Source of the DNA: Nitrospirota bacterium
GTDB lineage: Bacteria; Nitrospirota; UBA9217
Assembly (NCBI GenBank): GCA_963663225.1
Contig: OY760142.1
Location: 832,001 to 896,000 of the forward strand
Length of the DNA stretch: 64,000 nt
Direction of reading: 5' to 3'
Of this stretch, positions 19,812 to 29,998 are shown piece after piece. The first letter of the stretch is position 1, and each line of letters begins with the position of its first letter. The notes below the pieces were generated by a model. It was given only the letters and a program-made list of their open reading frames with translations, made no database searches and was not told the DNA's origin. Position numbers and translations under genes: made by a program.

Positions 19812-20578
19812 GGAACCAGCCTGTTCAGTATCGCAAAATAACTCATGAGCGCCGTTGAAGCGGAAGGGAGCTGAATGAGCGGTTTCCCCTGCAAATCATA
19901 CTCGAAAATCAGCGGGTCTTCCGGCACAAACCCTGCGAATTCCATTCCCTGCCGGTTGATCAGCTGCAGCAGCTTTTGTTTTTCCTCTTCGCCATCCGGC
20001 GCCCGATTGACAATCAGCACCGTCCGCTTTACGCGCAGTGCAAGCTCTTCGGTGAGTCCGTGAATGCGGCCGCCGGTCATGATCCCCCGGGCGGTGGGGT
20101 CGCTCACGACAATCAGCAGGTCCGTGTCCCGTGTCGTCCGCCGCGACAAGTGCTCCAGCCCGGCCTCGTTGTCCATCACTGTGTAGGAATACGAATCCGC
20201 AAGTCTGTCCGTGTACTTGCGGATAATATTGTTCGCGGCGCAATAGCAGCCCGGCCCTTCGGGCCTGCCCATCACAAGAAGATCGAAGCCCTGCGATTCG
20301 ACAAGCGCCTGCTGGATCTGATAATCAAAAAGCTGCTCCATGCTCATCCCGCCGGGGCGGGGAGCCGTTGACCTGACCGCCTGCAACGAATCTTCGCGGA
20401 GCGCTCCCACGGTGGCATGCACGGTCACCCCGAGCACTTCATGAAGATTCGCGTTCGCGTCCGCGTCGACGGCGAGCACCGGACCCTGTTTTTTTTCCGT
20501 CAAGTAACGGACGGTGAGACCGCAGAGGCTGGTTTTTCCCGTTCCGCCCTTGCCTGCAACCGCTATTGAAAAACCCAT
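19808..20578 (-). CDS. cooC: CooC/AcsF nickel-insertion ATPase
   Basis: AGKGGTGKT, DADAN, GRPEGPGCYC, DNEAGLEHLSR. Confidence 0.9.
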   Translation of the reverse strand: MGFSIAVAGKGGTGKTSLCGLTVRYLTEKKQGPVLAVDADANANLHEVLGVTVHATVGALREDSLQAVRSTAPRPGGMSMEQLFDYQIQQALVESQGFDLLVMGRPEGPGCYCAANNIIRKYTDRLADSYSYTVMDNEAGLEHLSRRTTRDTDLLIVVSDPTARGIMTGGRIHGLTEELALRVKRTVLIVNRAPDGEEEKQKLLQLINRQGMEFAGFVPEDPLIFEYDLQGKPLIQLPSASTALMSYFAILNRLVP

Positions 20579-20677
20579 TCCCGCCTCGGATCATTCCCGC
20601 CGCTGAGATTGCAAAAGCGTCCGGGGAAGAAGTGAACACATCAACACCGCACGCTCCACGCATGCACGCGGGAAAAC

Positions 20678-21406
20678 TTACCGCTTTACACCATATTTTT
20701 TCCGGACCTCGTCGATCTTGCCGCAGGTCATCGTTCCCTCCGGACAGGCGGCAGCGAGGCAGCCGGGGCCGGCTTTGGCAAAAATAGTCGGCGCAATCCC
20801 TTTTACGATTGCGAGCATGCGTTCGGACATGCCCCGTATTTCCCACTGGGCCCGGTTGCAGCACCGCACGCGGAAAAAATGCAGAAGCTCCCGCGCGTTC
20901 ATGGTGATGATGATTTTAGTCTCTGCCGCGTTCGGCAGAAGATACCTCGCGTCCTGCTGGCCGGACTCACCTTTGTATCCGAGTTCTTCAAGGCGTTTCA
21001 GGACCTTTGTGTAATTGCTCTGGGCCTCGGCCATGCATTTTTCGAACTCCCGTGTCAGGTCCGGGTCTTTCTTGATGCTCGGGGGGACGATATAATCAAA
21101 CTGGTCCGCTTTTACATACCGCTGGCTCTGCTGGGAGTATGATGCCACCCGGTGGCGCACCAGCTGGTGCGTGCAGGCCCGTGAGATCCCTTCGATGCCG
21201 AAGGTAAACGATATATGCTCCACCGGCGAAAGATGGCCGATGGACGCCAGCCGCTCCACAAACGTCGCCTGGTCCTTTGCTTCGATTTTTTCCTTCAGCT
21301 CTTCCACCCCGGCAGGACTGTAGCAGAGCTTTGCGGCCATGGCCACGACTTCCTCAGGTTCCGGCGTATGTCTCAGAAGAACTACGTGCAGTGCTGTTTC
21401 CGGCAT
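20678..21406 (-). CDS. thyX: flavin-dependent thymidylate synthase
   Basis: GHLSPVEH, QLVRHRVASYSQQSQRY, DARYLLP, RAQWEIR. Confidence 0.96.
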   Translation of the reverse strand: MPETALHVVLLRHTPEPEEVVAMAAKLCYSPAGVEELKEKIEAKDQATFVERLASIGHLSPVEHISFTFGIEGISRACTHQLVRHRVASYSQQSQRYVKADQFDYIVPPSIKKDPDLTREFEKCMAEAQSNYTKVLKRLEELGYKGESGQQDARYLLPNAAETKIIITMNARELLHFFRVRCCNRAQWEIRGMSERMLAIVKGIAPTIFAKAGPGCLAAACPEGTMTCGKIDEVRKKYGVKR

Positions 21407-21448
21407 CGATTTTCACCCGTTTCCCCGTTTTTTTCGTATTCCGCGCTA

Positions 21449-21477
21449 TATATAACAGAATTTTTTTGATGAAGCAA
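21449..21477 (-). promoter_or_regulatory. possible internal sigma70 promoter for thyX
   Basis: TTGCTT-N17-TATATA on the minus strand in the panB-thyX gap. Confidence 0.4.
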
Positions 21478-21480
21478 TTG

Positions 21481-22281
21481 CTATTTGAACGACTGCTCTT
21501 CAGACGGAAATTTTCCGCTTTCCACGTCCTGTTTGTATTCCTGCACCGCTTTCAGCGACTGGTCTTTCAGCCGGGCGTACTGCTTTACGAATTTCGGGGT
21601 GAACCGGTCGAACATTCCCAGAATATCGTGCAGTACAAGGACCTGTCCGTCGCAGTCCGGTCCGGCGCCGATGCCGATGGTCGGGATGTGCAGAGTTTCC
21701 GTTATTTCTTTCGCCAGAGAGGACGGCATCGCTTCCAGCACGACGGAGAATGCGCCCGCGTCCTGGACCGCCCGCGCATCAGCCAGTATCTTTTCCCGCG
21801 TCGCTTGGTCTTTGCCCTGGACCTTGAATCCCCCCAGGACATGGACGGCCTGCGGCGTAAGCCCAATATGAGCGACCACCGGAATGCCCGCATCCACGAT
21901 TGCCCGGATCGCGCCGGCCACCGCTGAACCGCCTTCAAGCTTCACGGCTTCCGCGCCTGCTTCTTTGAGAAACCTTCCGGCATTCCTGACCGCTTCTTCA
22001 ATGCCTGCCTGGTATGAAAGAAACGGCAGATCACCCACGACCATGGAGGACCGGGCCGCGCGCGACACCAGTTTTGTATGGTAGAGCATTTCCTCCATCG
22101 TGACCGGAAGGGTGCTCCCCAGCCCCTGCACCACCATGCCGAGGGAATCTCCCACAAGAATAACGTCGATACCGGCCTGGTCGACGATCTGGGCCGTCGG
22201 AAAATCGTACGCCGTGAGCATCGTGATTTTTTTCGCCTCGGCTTTTTTCTTATACAAATCGAGGACTGTGATCTTTGCCAT
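21481..22281 (-). CDS. panB: 3-methyl-2-oxobutanoate hydroxymethyltransferase
   Basis: [41 protein letters not shown]. Confidence 0.97.
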   Translation of the reverse strand: MAKITVLDLYKKKAEAKKITMLTAYDFPTAQIVDQAGIDVILVGDSLGMVVQGLGSTLPVTMEEMLYHTKLVSRAARSSMVVGDLPFLSYQAGIEEAVRNAGRFLKEAGAEAVKLEGGSAVAGAIRAIVDAGIPVVAHIGLTPQAVHVLGGFKVQGKDQATREKILADARAVQDAGAFSVVLEAMPSSLAKEITETLHIPTIGIGAGPDCDGQVLVLHDILGMFDRFTPKFVKQYARLKDQSLKAVQEYKQDVESGKFPSEEQSFK

Positions 22282-22369
22282 GTTTTTCCTCCCTGACTGC
22301 AGTAAATGAGCTCGTTTCTATGCCTCCGGGTGACGGCAATATCTACCATAGTATAGCGTATTCGGGGCT

Positions 22370-23356
22370 TTATCGTCCGCCCGGCGCATGTTCCGGCCGT
22401 GGATACAGGCCCGCATCCTTGACAATCTTTTCAATGGCTGTCTCCCATTCAATGGCCTGAATATGGACGCCTCTGATGCCGGGGATTTCGAGCGCCTGAT
22501 GAATCAGTTCCACGGCAATCCTGATGCCTTCTTCTTCCTGCAACTGCTTTGCCTTCTGCTTGTCGCCGCCGGCTGCTTCCTTGACCCTGTTCATACGGTC
22601 CATCAATGATTGCGGGACCGTGACACCCGCCACGGACGTGTCCATGTACTTCAGCATCAAGGCGCTCTTCGGCACGATAATGCCGGCAAGAATGGCCGTC
22701 TGTTCATGGATGCCGAGGTTCCGCGCTTTTTCCATCTGCGATTTGAAAAGCTCCATGTCGTAAATGCCCTGGGTCTGAATGAAGTCTGCTCCCGCGTCGG
22801 CTTTTTTCTTCAGATTATAGGGCCGGAAGTCCATGGGATCTCCCAACGGCGTCCAGGTTGCGCCTATAAAAAATTTGGGCGGAGTCTCGATCGCATCACC
22901 GCCCTGCTGCAGACCTTCGTCGCGCATCTTTTTGAGGATACCGACGAGCTGGACGGTGTCCACGTCGTACACATTCTTCGCGCCCGGATGCCCCTTCATT
23001 TTTCCCGCGGCCCCGAATTTCTGATGGTCTCCGGCGATGCACAGACAGTTCTTGAGTCCGAGGGCCGCCGCGCCCAGAAGATCGGCCTGCATGGCAATGC
23101 GGTTTCTGTCGCGGCAGGTCATCTGCATGACCGGCTCAAGTCCTTCCCGATGGGCAAGGACGGCCGCGGCGATGCTCGACATGCGCACAACGGCTGTCTG
23201 ACAGTCGGTGATATTCGCGGCGTCGCAAAACCCCTTCAGGAGATGCGCCTTGCGGACGACCTCGTCCGGAGAAGCGCTCAGGGGAGGTCCAAGTTCTGCG
23301 GTCACCGCGGGTTTCCCGCTTTTGATGATCCGTTCGAGATTGCTGCCTGACTTCAT
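22370..23356 (-). CDS. metF: methylenetetrahydrofolate reductase
   Basis: TAELGPP, QMTCRDRNRIAMQADLLGA, GDH, GADFIQTQ. Confidence 0.93.
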   Translation of the reverse strand: MKSGSNLERIIKSGKPAVTAELGPPLSASPDEVVRKAHLLKGFCDAANITDCQTAVVRMSSIAAAVLAHREGLEPVMQMTCRDRNRIAMQADLLGAAALGLKNCLCIAGDHQKFGAAGKMKGHPGAKNVYDVDTVQLVGILKKMRDEGLQQGGDAIETPPKFFIGATWTPLGDPMDFRPYNLKKKADAGADFIQTQGIYDMELFKSQMEKARNLGIHEQTAILAGIIVPKSALMLKYMDTSVAGVTVPQSLMDRMNRVKEAAGGDKQKAKQLQEEEGIRIAVELIHQALEIPGIRGVHIQAIEWETAIEKIVKDAGLYPRPEHAPGGR

Positions 23357-24066
23357 TGTTTCCCGCTTTCCCCGTTTTTCATCACGGCTTGTTCCGTTGC
23401 TGCGGCAATGTGATCGAGCACGATCCTGCGGGGACCGCCGTGGCCGGCCGAGGACCAGTCTTTCGGAGGCTGAATCTCGATAAGTTTTTCGAGCTTCCCG
23501 AGTTTCTTCATGCGCTCCACGATCAGGTACCAGGCGCAGTCCGTTTCAGGCCCGACCTCGCATTTTCCCTTATGGGTCCCGCCGCAGGGGCCGTTCAGAA
23601 GCGACTTCGAGCAGCGCGCGACGGGACAGATGCCGCCGGTAAGATGCAGGACACAGTTGCCGCAGCCCCCGCACGCTTCCATGAAAACTCCGGTCTGGGG
23701 CACAGCACCATAAAATACCGTGTTCAGACCCGGATAGACCGGGACCGTGCCGAGCATATCGGACAACAGATTGACACCCGCGCCGCAGGCCAGGGACAGC
23801 ACCAGTTCATGCCCGTTCAGTTTCTCGGCATTGGGCAGTATAAACTCTTGTTCGCACTGCCGTTCGCACGCTCCATGCTCCACCGTCATTTCCCCGCCTT
23901 CCTGCACGGACTTCATGCGGATGAGCGAGGCAAGAATTTCTGCCTCTTTTGCGCCTCCCGCATGGCACACTGCGACACAGGTATTGCATCCGAAGACCAT
24001 GATTTTGCGGTACGGCTTTATCATTTCCCATATTTCTGCAATTGGTTTCTGCACACCGACTATCAT
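23353..24066 (-). CDS. metV: MTHFR small subunit MetV (Fe-S/Zn)
   Basis: GCNTCVAVC, CGGCGNC, GGICPVARCSKSLLNGPCGG, CAWYLI; stop overlaps metF start. Confidence 0.9.
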   Translation of the reverse strand: MIVGVQKPIAEIWEMIKPYRKIMVFGCNTCVAVCHAGGAKEAEILASLIRMKSVQEGGEMTVEHGACERQCEQEFILPNAEKLNGHELVLSLACGAGVNLLSDMLGTVPVYPGLNTVFYGAVPQTGVFMEACGGCGNCVLHLTGGICPVARCSKSLLNGPCGGTHKGKCEVGPETDCAWYLIVERMKKLGKLEKLIEIQPPKDWSSAGHGGPRRIVLDHIAAATEQAVMKNGESGKQ

Positions 24067-24082
24067 TGTATTGCAGCCCTCT

Positions 24083-24562
24083 TCATTTCGTTTTTTTTTC
24101 TTTCGCAATCCGCAGGGGAGACGGTCCGAGCTTTTTGATCCGCTCCGTAAAGTCAGCGCAGATGGAGGCCCATCGGGGTCCCTGGGAGGCGGAAAGATTG
24201 TACATCTCCAGTCTGGCAGGATCGATGCCGATACCGGCCAGGAGTTTCTGAAGATGCTTCACCCGTTTTGCGGCGTTGATGTTTCCTTCAAGGAAATGGC
24301 ATTGTCCTTCAAGGCAGCCTGCCACAAAAACGCCGTCCACTCCCCGCTCGAATGCCCTCAGGATATAAACATGGTCCAGCTTCCCGGTGCAGGGCATGCG
24401 GATGATCTTGACAGCGGGTGGATACGTCAGCCGCATGACTCCCGCCAAATCGGCCGCCGCAAACGCGCAGTAGTGGCATGCAAAAGCAAGAACGTCCGGC
24501 TTGAAGTCCGCTCGAATTTCGCGCGGCTTCTCTATGGACGAAACCGCATCTGTTTGTGACAT
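24083..24562 (-). CDS. mvhD: MvhD/FlpD 2Fe-2S subunit
   Basis: FACHYCAFAAADLAG, RMPCTG, GCLEGQCHF. Confidence 0.92.
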   Translation of the reverse strand: MSQTDAVSSIEKPREIRADFKPDVLAFACHYCAFAAADLAGVMRLTYPPAVKIIRMPCTGKLDHVYILRAFERGVDGVFVAGCLEGQCHFLEGNINAAKRVKHLQKLLAGIGIDPARLEMYNLSASQGPRWASICADFTERIKKLGPSPLRIAKEKKTK

Positions 24563-24617
24563 GCTAAAATCTGCCGGCAAGAAATATCTTCCTTTTCCCT
24601 GTATGAAACAGCGTTCG

Positions 24618-27600
24618 TTACCCGTTCCCTTCGCATTCCACTGCTGCATCAACCATGGCAAGCATCTGTTCGTCCCTGAAGCCGTTCACCTGGAACGCTT
24701 TTGCCGGGCACACGCCCGCGCACAGACCACAGCCCTGGCACATGACTTCGTTGTGGCTGACTCTGCCTTCTTCGTCGATATACGGCGAGCCGAAAGGGCA
24801 GATCCTGAGGCAGCTCAGACAGGACATGCAGAGCTCACGCGTGTGTTTCGCGATAAGCCCTGAGACCGCAAGCGTTTCATGCGAGAGCACGGTACCCGCC
24901 CGGCCTGCCGCGGCAAGGGCCTGGCTGATGGTTTCATCGAAGTTCTTGGGAGCGTGCGCCAGCCCCGCCACAAAAAGTCCTTCACTCCCGAGATCAACCG
25001 GCCGCAGCTTCATATGCGATTCCAGAAAATATCCGTCTGCAGTGCGCGTAATCTTGTAGGTGCGTCCGGATTTTTCAGCGGACGGATGGGGCCGGAGCCC
25101 CGTTGACAGCACGAGCCAGCCGGCATCCATACTCACTTCCCTGTTCAGCACAGGATCCCTGACCGTAACGAGCAGTCCGTTCCCCGCCTTCTGTACTGCG
25201 GGTTTTTTGTCCGCTTCATATCGGACAAACAGCACGCCCATATCGCGTGCTTGTGCATAGTAATCCTCGCGCAGTCCGTATGCCCGCATTTCGCGGTACA
25301 GAACGACAACCTGGACCTTCGGGTTTCTTTCCTTGAGCTTTATCGCGTTCTTCAGCGCGTCCTGGCAGCAAACGCGCGAGCAGTACTGCGCGGGCTCTTC
25401 ACGCGAGCCGACACATTGAATCATCACATACCGCTGGCCTGATTCCGGCTGGAGACCGTCATGGATTCTCTTCTCCAGTTCCCGCTGGGTGATGACACGG
25501 CTGTTCTTTCCATAGCAGTATTCCGTTGGTTGATATTCAACGCCGCCGGTGGCGATCACGACGGTCCCATGCTGGAACGTCGAACCGTCCGTGAGCAGGG
25601 TCTTGAAGTTGCCCACAAAACCTTCGGTTTTCTTCACCTCGACGCCGGTGTGGACTGCAATGCGGGGGTGCGACATCACCCGGATTGTCTGCGACCGCAG
25701 GAAGCGTTGGACATCGCTTCCGTCCTGGGTGTAGTATAAACTTCGCGCGAGGCCTCCCAGTTCCTTTTCCTGTTCCACAAGGTGAACGCCGAATCCCTGA
25801 TCGGCGAGGGACAGCGCCGTTGTCATGCCCGCGATTCCGCCGCCCACGACAAGGCACGCGGGCACAACGTTCACGGTCTCGGTTTTGACCGGCTGCAGCA
25901 GCCTCACCTTGGCAACCATCATGTTCACGAGCCGGACCGCTTTTTCAGTCGCCTCTTCCTTCCGGTCCATGTGGCACCAGGAGCACTGCTCCCGGATGTC
26001 CGCAAGTTCGAACAGATACGCGTTCAAACCCGCTTCGCGGATTGTGTCCTGAAAAATCTGGGTGTGCGTGCGCGGCGTGCATGACGCGACCAGCACGCGG
26101 TTGATTTCCTTTTCACGGATCAGCTGTTTGATCTTCTCCTGGTTGTCCTGTGAACATGAATACAGAAGATTCTCCGCGTGAACAACGCCGGGAAGGTGCT
26201 CCACTTCCTGCACCACCTTTTTCACATCAACCGTACCCGCGATGTTGAAACCGCACGAGCAGACAAAGACCCCAAGCCGCGGTTCCTCGCCTGCAACATC
26301 CTTCTCGGGAGGGAGCTCTTTCTGAATAGTCTCGCTCCACCGCGATTCGCCCAGCAGGGCCATTGTCTGTCCCGCCACGGCACTGCCCTGCATCACCGTG
26401 TCGGGGATGTCCTTGGGCCCCTGATAGATACCGGTGACAAAAACACCGGGGCGGTTCGTATCAACCGGGGCGAACGTTGTTGTTTTGGGGAAGCGGTGAC
26501 TGTTCAGTTCAATTCCGCAAATTTCCGCGAGCGGCGCTGCGCTCTTTCCGGGCTCCAAACCGATTGAAAGAACGACCAGGTCGAATACTTCATCAACCAG
26601 CGAGCCGTCTTCCCTGACAAAGCGCAGCAGAAGATCACCGGTCTCTGCTTCCTCACGCACGGCTGACACCATGGATCGCACATACCGCACGCCGTATTCA
26701 TTCTTTGCCCGCTCCACATATCGGTCAAAATCCTTTCCATACGACCGCATGTCCATATAAAAAACCGAGGGCTCGATCCGCTGGTCGTGCTCTCTGGCAA
26801 TGACGGCCTGCTTCGTAGCGTACATGCAACAAACCGATGAGCACCACGGGTTCGCGTTGTGCGGGTCCCGTGAACCGACGCACTGCAGCCAGGCGATCCT
26901 GATCGGATGCTTTCCATCTCCCGGCCTCCTGATCTCGCCTTTGTACGGACCCGATGCGGAGAGGATGCGTTCGAACTGGAGGGACGTGACCACATTGGGC
27001 CATCGCCCGAAACCCAGTTCCCCGCGTACTGCGGGGTTATACGGTTCAAGCCCGGGGGCGAGAATGACCGCGCCGACATTCAGCGCGATCTCTTCCGCGG
27101 CAACCATCTCATGGTTGATTGCCTTTGCCTGGCACGCAGACACACACAGCATGCACTCGCTGCAACCGGCGCAGCTCAGGCAGCGGGAAGCCTCTGCGAC
27201 TGCGTCTTCCTCGCTGTATCCTCGCACGATCTCTTTAAAATTGCCTTCGCGTTCCGCAGCAGAAAGCATTGGCACGCGCCTGCGGCGGGCTTTCTTCAGG
27301 CCGGTCAAATCCTTGACCGCTTTCACCCGCTCCGCAATCTTTACCCGATTTACCGGAGGATTGGTTCCTCTCAGAAAATGGTCGATTGATTCCGCGGCCC
27401 GTGCTCCTGATGCAATCGCCTCGATTATGGTCGACGGACCTGAAACGGAATCTCCACCCGCAAACACCCCTTCTACATTGGTTCTGCACGTGGCGGGGTC
27501 GGTTTTGATTCTGCCGCCGGGCAGCACGTCGAGCGTCTCTATGCCCTTTTTAAAGGAAGCATCAACACTCAGTCCCACAGCAAAAATGGCGGTGTCTGCT

Positions 27601-29051
27601 TCAAAAAAATTCAGTGCGCACTCGTCGTACTGCGGATTAAAGCGTTTGTTCTCATCAAAAACCGAGGTGCAGCGCTTAACGTCGATTCCGGAGATCCTGC
27701 CTGCCTCCGTTCTGATTCCGCTTATGCCCCAGGAGTTATCGATGATGACGCCTTCCTCGCGCGCCTGTTCGAGTTCCCATCCGTGAGCAGGCATCTCATC
27801 GCACGTTTCGAGACACACGATTCTGACCGTTTTAGCGCCGAGTCTTTTTGCCGTGAGCGCCGCATCAACAGCCACATTGCCGCCGCCGATAACGACAACC
27901 TTGCTTCCCGCTCCGGCTTTTTCGCCTAAGGCCGCCCTGCGCAAAAAATCGAGACAATCATATATTCCGTGCGGGTTGTCATTTTCTATCGGGAGTGTTG
28001 CGGCCTTCTGCGTTCCCACGGCAAGAAACACGGCCTTGTATCCCTGCCGCTTCAAATCGTCCACGTTGAAATCGCGACCCAGCTCCTGGTTATAGCTGAT
28101 ATCAATGCCGTGTGCCAGGATGGCGTCAATCTCTTTCCGCACCACATCCTTCGGCAGCCGGTACTCAGGAATGGCAAGGCTGAGCATGCCGCCCGCCACC
28201 GGCATTTTCTCGAAGACCGTGACCCGGTATCCTTTGAGCGCGAGGTCCCGGGCGCAGGTCATGCCTGCCGGACCGCTTCCGATTACGGCAACCTTCTCAA
28301 GCTTTTCTTCGGGCAGTTCAGGTTTTTTGAATCCTCCCTGGCTGTCTTCCCAGTCCGTCAGAAACCGCTTTAAATGGCAGATCGCAACAGGTTCATCCAG
28401 CTCATTTCTCCGGCACCCCTCTTCGCAGGGATGGGCGCAGACCCGTCCGCAGACGGCCGGAAACGGATTGTTTCTCCTGACCACTTCGAGGGCCTCGCCA
28501 AATCTGCCGCGGGCGATGAGCGCCACGTACGCATGGGCGTTTACTTCTGCGGGACATTCAATCCGGCACGGGGAAACTCCGTCCTTGTCGATGGCGACAG
28601 CACCGGGCACTGCCTGCGCATATCTGCGGCTGATGGCCGTGCATTTTACCAGATCCTGGTTGAATTCGCTGGAAACGGCCACCGGACACTTCTGGACGCA
28701 GTCCTCGCAGCCGGTGCATTTTTTGAGATCAACATACCGCGCCTTTTTGCGGATTGTGGCGGTAAAGTCTCCGGCCTCCCCCGCAAGGCTGATCAGTTCA
28801 GAGCAGGAATGAATATCGATGTTCAGGTGCCTGCCCACGTCCACCATTTTGGGTGAAATCATGCACATGGCACAGTCGCCCGTGGGGAAGGTCTTGTCGA
28901 GCATGGACATGATCCCGCCGATGGAGGACTCCTTCTGCACCAGGTGCACTTTGAGCCCGCTCTCCGCGAGGTCCAGAGATGCCTGCATCCCGCCGATGCC
29001 GCCGCCCACGACCAAGACAGATCCGCGTCTTGTAGGTTTTGCTTCGCTCAC
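24618..29051 (-). CDS. hdrA: large HdrA-family flavoprotein (HdrL type: inserted GltD-like pyridine-nucleotide domain plus second HdrA module), 1477 aa
   Basis: VVGGGIGG...LDKTFPTGDCAMC; insert NPFPAVCGRVC, IGSGPAG, IGGGNVA; two QCVGSR...CS.VCC modules; C-terminal ferredoxin. Confidence 0.9.
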   Translation of the reverse strand: MSEAKPTRRGSVLVVGGGIGGMQASLDLAESGLKVHLVQKESSIGGIMSMLDKTFPTGDCAMCMISPKMVDVGRHLNIDIHSCSELISLAGEAGDFTATIRKKARYVDLKKCTGCEDCVQKCPVAVSSEFNQDLVKCTAISRRYAQAVPGAVAIDKDGVSPCRIECPAEVNAHAYVALIARGRFGEALEVVRRNNPFPAVCGRVCAHPCEEGCRRNELDEPVAICHLKRFLTDWEDSQGGFKKPELPEEKLEKVAVIGSGPAGMTCARDLALKGYRVTVFEKMPVAGGMLSLAIPEYRLPKDVVRKEIDAILAHGIDISYNQELGRDFNVDDLKRQGYKAVFLAVGTQKAATLPIENDNPHGIYDCLDFLRRAALGEKAGAGSKVVVIGGGNVAVDAALTAKRLGAKTVRIVCLETCDEMPAHGWELEQAREEGVIIDNSWGISGIRTEAGRISGIDVKRCTSVFDENKRFNPQYDECALNFFEADTAIFAVGLSVDASFKKGIETLDVLPGGRIKTDPATCRTNVEGVFAGGDSVSGPSTIIEAIASGARAAESIDHFLRGTNPPVNRVKIAERVKAVKDLTGLKKARRRRVPMLSAAEREGNFKEIVRGYSEEDAVAEASRCLSCAGCSECMLCVSACQAKAINHEMVAAEEIALNVGAVILAPGLEPYNPAVRGELGFGRWPNVVTSLQFERILSASGPYKGEIRRPGDGKHPIRIAWLQCVGSRDPHNANPWCSSVCCMYATKQAVIAREHDQRIEPSVFYMDMRSYGKDFDRYVERAKNEYGVRYVRSMVSAVREEAETGDLLLRFVREDGSLVDEVFDLVVLSIGLEPGKSAAPLAEICGIELNSHRFPKTTTFAPVDTNRPGVFVTGIYQGPKDIPDTVMQGSAVAGQTMALLGESRWSETIQKELPPEKDVAGEEPRLGVFVCSCGFNIAGTVDVKKVVQEVEHLPGVVHAENLLYSCSQDNQEKIKQLIREKEINRVLVASCTPRTHTQIFQDTIREAGLNAYLFELADIREQCSWCHMDRKEEATEKAVRLVNMMVAKVRLLQPVKTETVNVVPACLVVGGGIAGMTTALSLADQGFGVHLVEQEKELGGLARSLYYTQDGSDVQRFLRSQTIRVMSHPRIAVHTGVEVKKTEGFVGNFKTLLTDGSTFQHGTVVIATGGVEYQPTEYCYGKNSRVITQRELEKRIHDGLQPESGQRYVMIQCVGSREEPAQYCSRVCCQDALKNAIKLKERNPKVQVVVLYREMRAYGLREDYYAQARDMGVLFVRYEADKKPAVQKAGNGLLVTVRDPVLNREVSMDAGWLVLSTGLRPHPSAEKSGRTYKITRTADGYFLESHMKLRPVDLGSEGLFVAGLAHAPKNFDETISQALAAAGRAGTVLSHETLAVSGLIAKHTRELCMSCLSCLRICPFGSPYIDEEGRVSHNEVMCQGCGLCAGVCPAKAFQVNGFRDEQMLAMVDAAVECEGNG

Positions 29052-29101
29052 GCAACAATCCCCTGCATTATTCTTGAACGGAACTTATGATGACGGCAAA
29101 A

Positions 29102-29989
29102 TCATTCATTCAGCAACTCCATTGCGTCCACGATATGCCGGTCCACCTGCATCTCCACGAGATCAATTCCCAGAGATGCTCCGATCAACTCCGTTATGAA
29201 GTAAACCGGCAGTCTCTTTTCCAGTCCGTACTTCGCATTGATTTCATCCTGATACGCATCCATGTTGAGCTGGCAAAGCGGACAGGAAGTGACCAGACAG
29301 TTCGCCCCGCGTGCGGCCGCGTCCTTCAGTATCCCGAACATCAGGAGCAGCGATTGTTCCTTATCGTTAAAAGCCGCGGACGCGCCGCAGCAATCCGTCT
29401 TGCAGTTCCAGTCTATCGGTTCCGCGCCCGTTGCGTCACAGACAATCTCCATTGCCTGAGGGTTTTCCACGGAATCGGCCACATCCATATCGCACGGGAA
29501 CCGGGACAGAAGGCAGCCGTAATAACAGGCCGGTCTGAGGCTGGAAAGCTTTCTGACCACCTTTGTTTGAAAATCGCGCGTGTCCACCTTTGGGAGCAGG
29601 ACTTCAAGAATATTCGATACCTTGATTGAATCGGCAACTTTACGGACAAGCCCGGCATTGATGGTTTCCCTGAGTGCTGCATCAGACTGGAGCAGCTTCC
29701 GGGCCGCCATCGTCCTGCTGTAGCAGGAAGAGCAGGGAATGACGAGCTCCGGCAGCCCCGTGGCGTCGGCAATCCCAAGGTTTCTTGCCGGCAACGCCGC
29801 GGCGAGAAAATCGTCTGTCTTGCCCGCGGACGACGTCCCGCAGCAGTTCCAGTCTTCGATTTCCCGGAGTTCTATCCCAAGCCGTCTGAACACGAGTCTG
29901 CACTGGACGTCATACAACTTTGAGGACGCGCGCAGCGAACAGCCCGGATAATACGCGATTTCCCGTATGTTGCTTTGCTCGGATTTCAT
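29102..29989 (-). CDS. hdrB: heterodisulfide reductase subunit B-like (CCG domains)
   Basis: YYPGCS, DWNCCG, PCSSC, YYGCL, DCCG, SCPLC. Confidence 0.92.
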   Translation of the reverse strand: MKSEQSNIREIAYYPGCSLRASSKLYDVQCRLVFRRLGIELREIEDWNCCGTSSAGKTDDFLAAALPARNLGIADATGLPELVIPCSSCYSRTMAARKLLQSDAALRETINAGLVRKVADSIKVSNILEVLLPKVDTRDFQTKVVRKLSSLRPACYYGCLLSRFPCDMDVADSVENPQAMEIVCDATGAEPIDWNCKTDCCGASAAFNDKEQSLLLMFGILKDAAARGANCLVTSCPLCQLNMDAYQDEINAKYGLEKRLPVYFITELIGASLGIDLVEMQVDRHIVDAMELLNE

Positions 29990-29998
29990 CAATGTTTT

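Noticed and set aside
22282-22369. pan RNA motif or riboswitch before panB
   Set aside because: Only a 4-bp TGCC/GGCA stem is visible, too little to call a motif
9687-28812. Long plus-strand ORFs opposite the acs/hdr genes (e.g. 11250..12404, 13359..14657, 17043..18089, 26800..27786)
   Set aside because: Antisense shadows of GC-rich coding sequence with no motifs
24083-29051. Selenocysteine in MvhD or HdrA
   Set aside because: Both reading frames are uninterrupted, so no in-frame UGA is present
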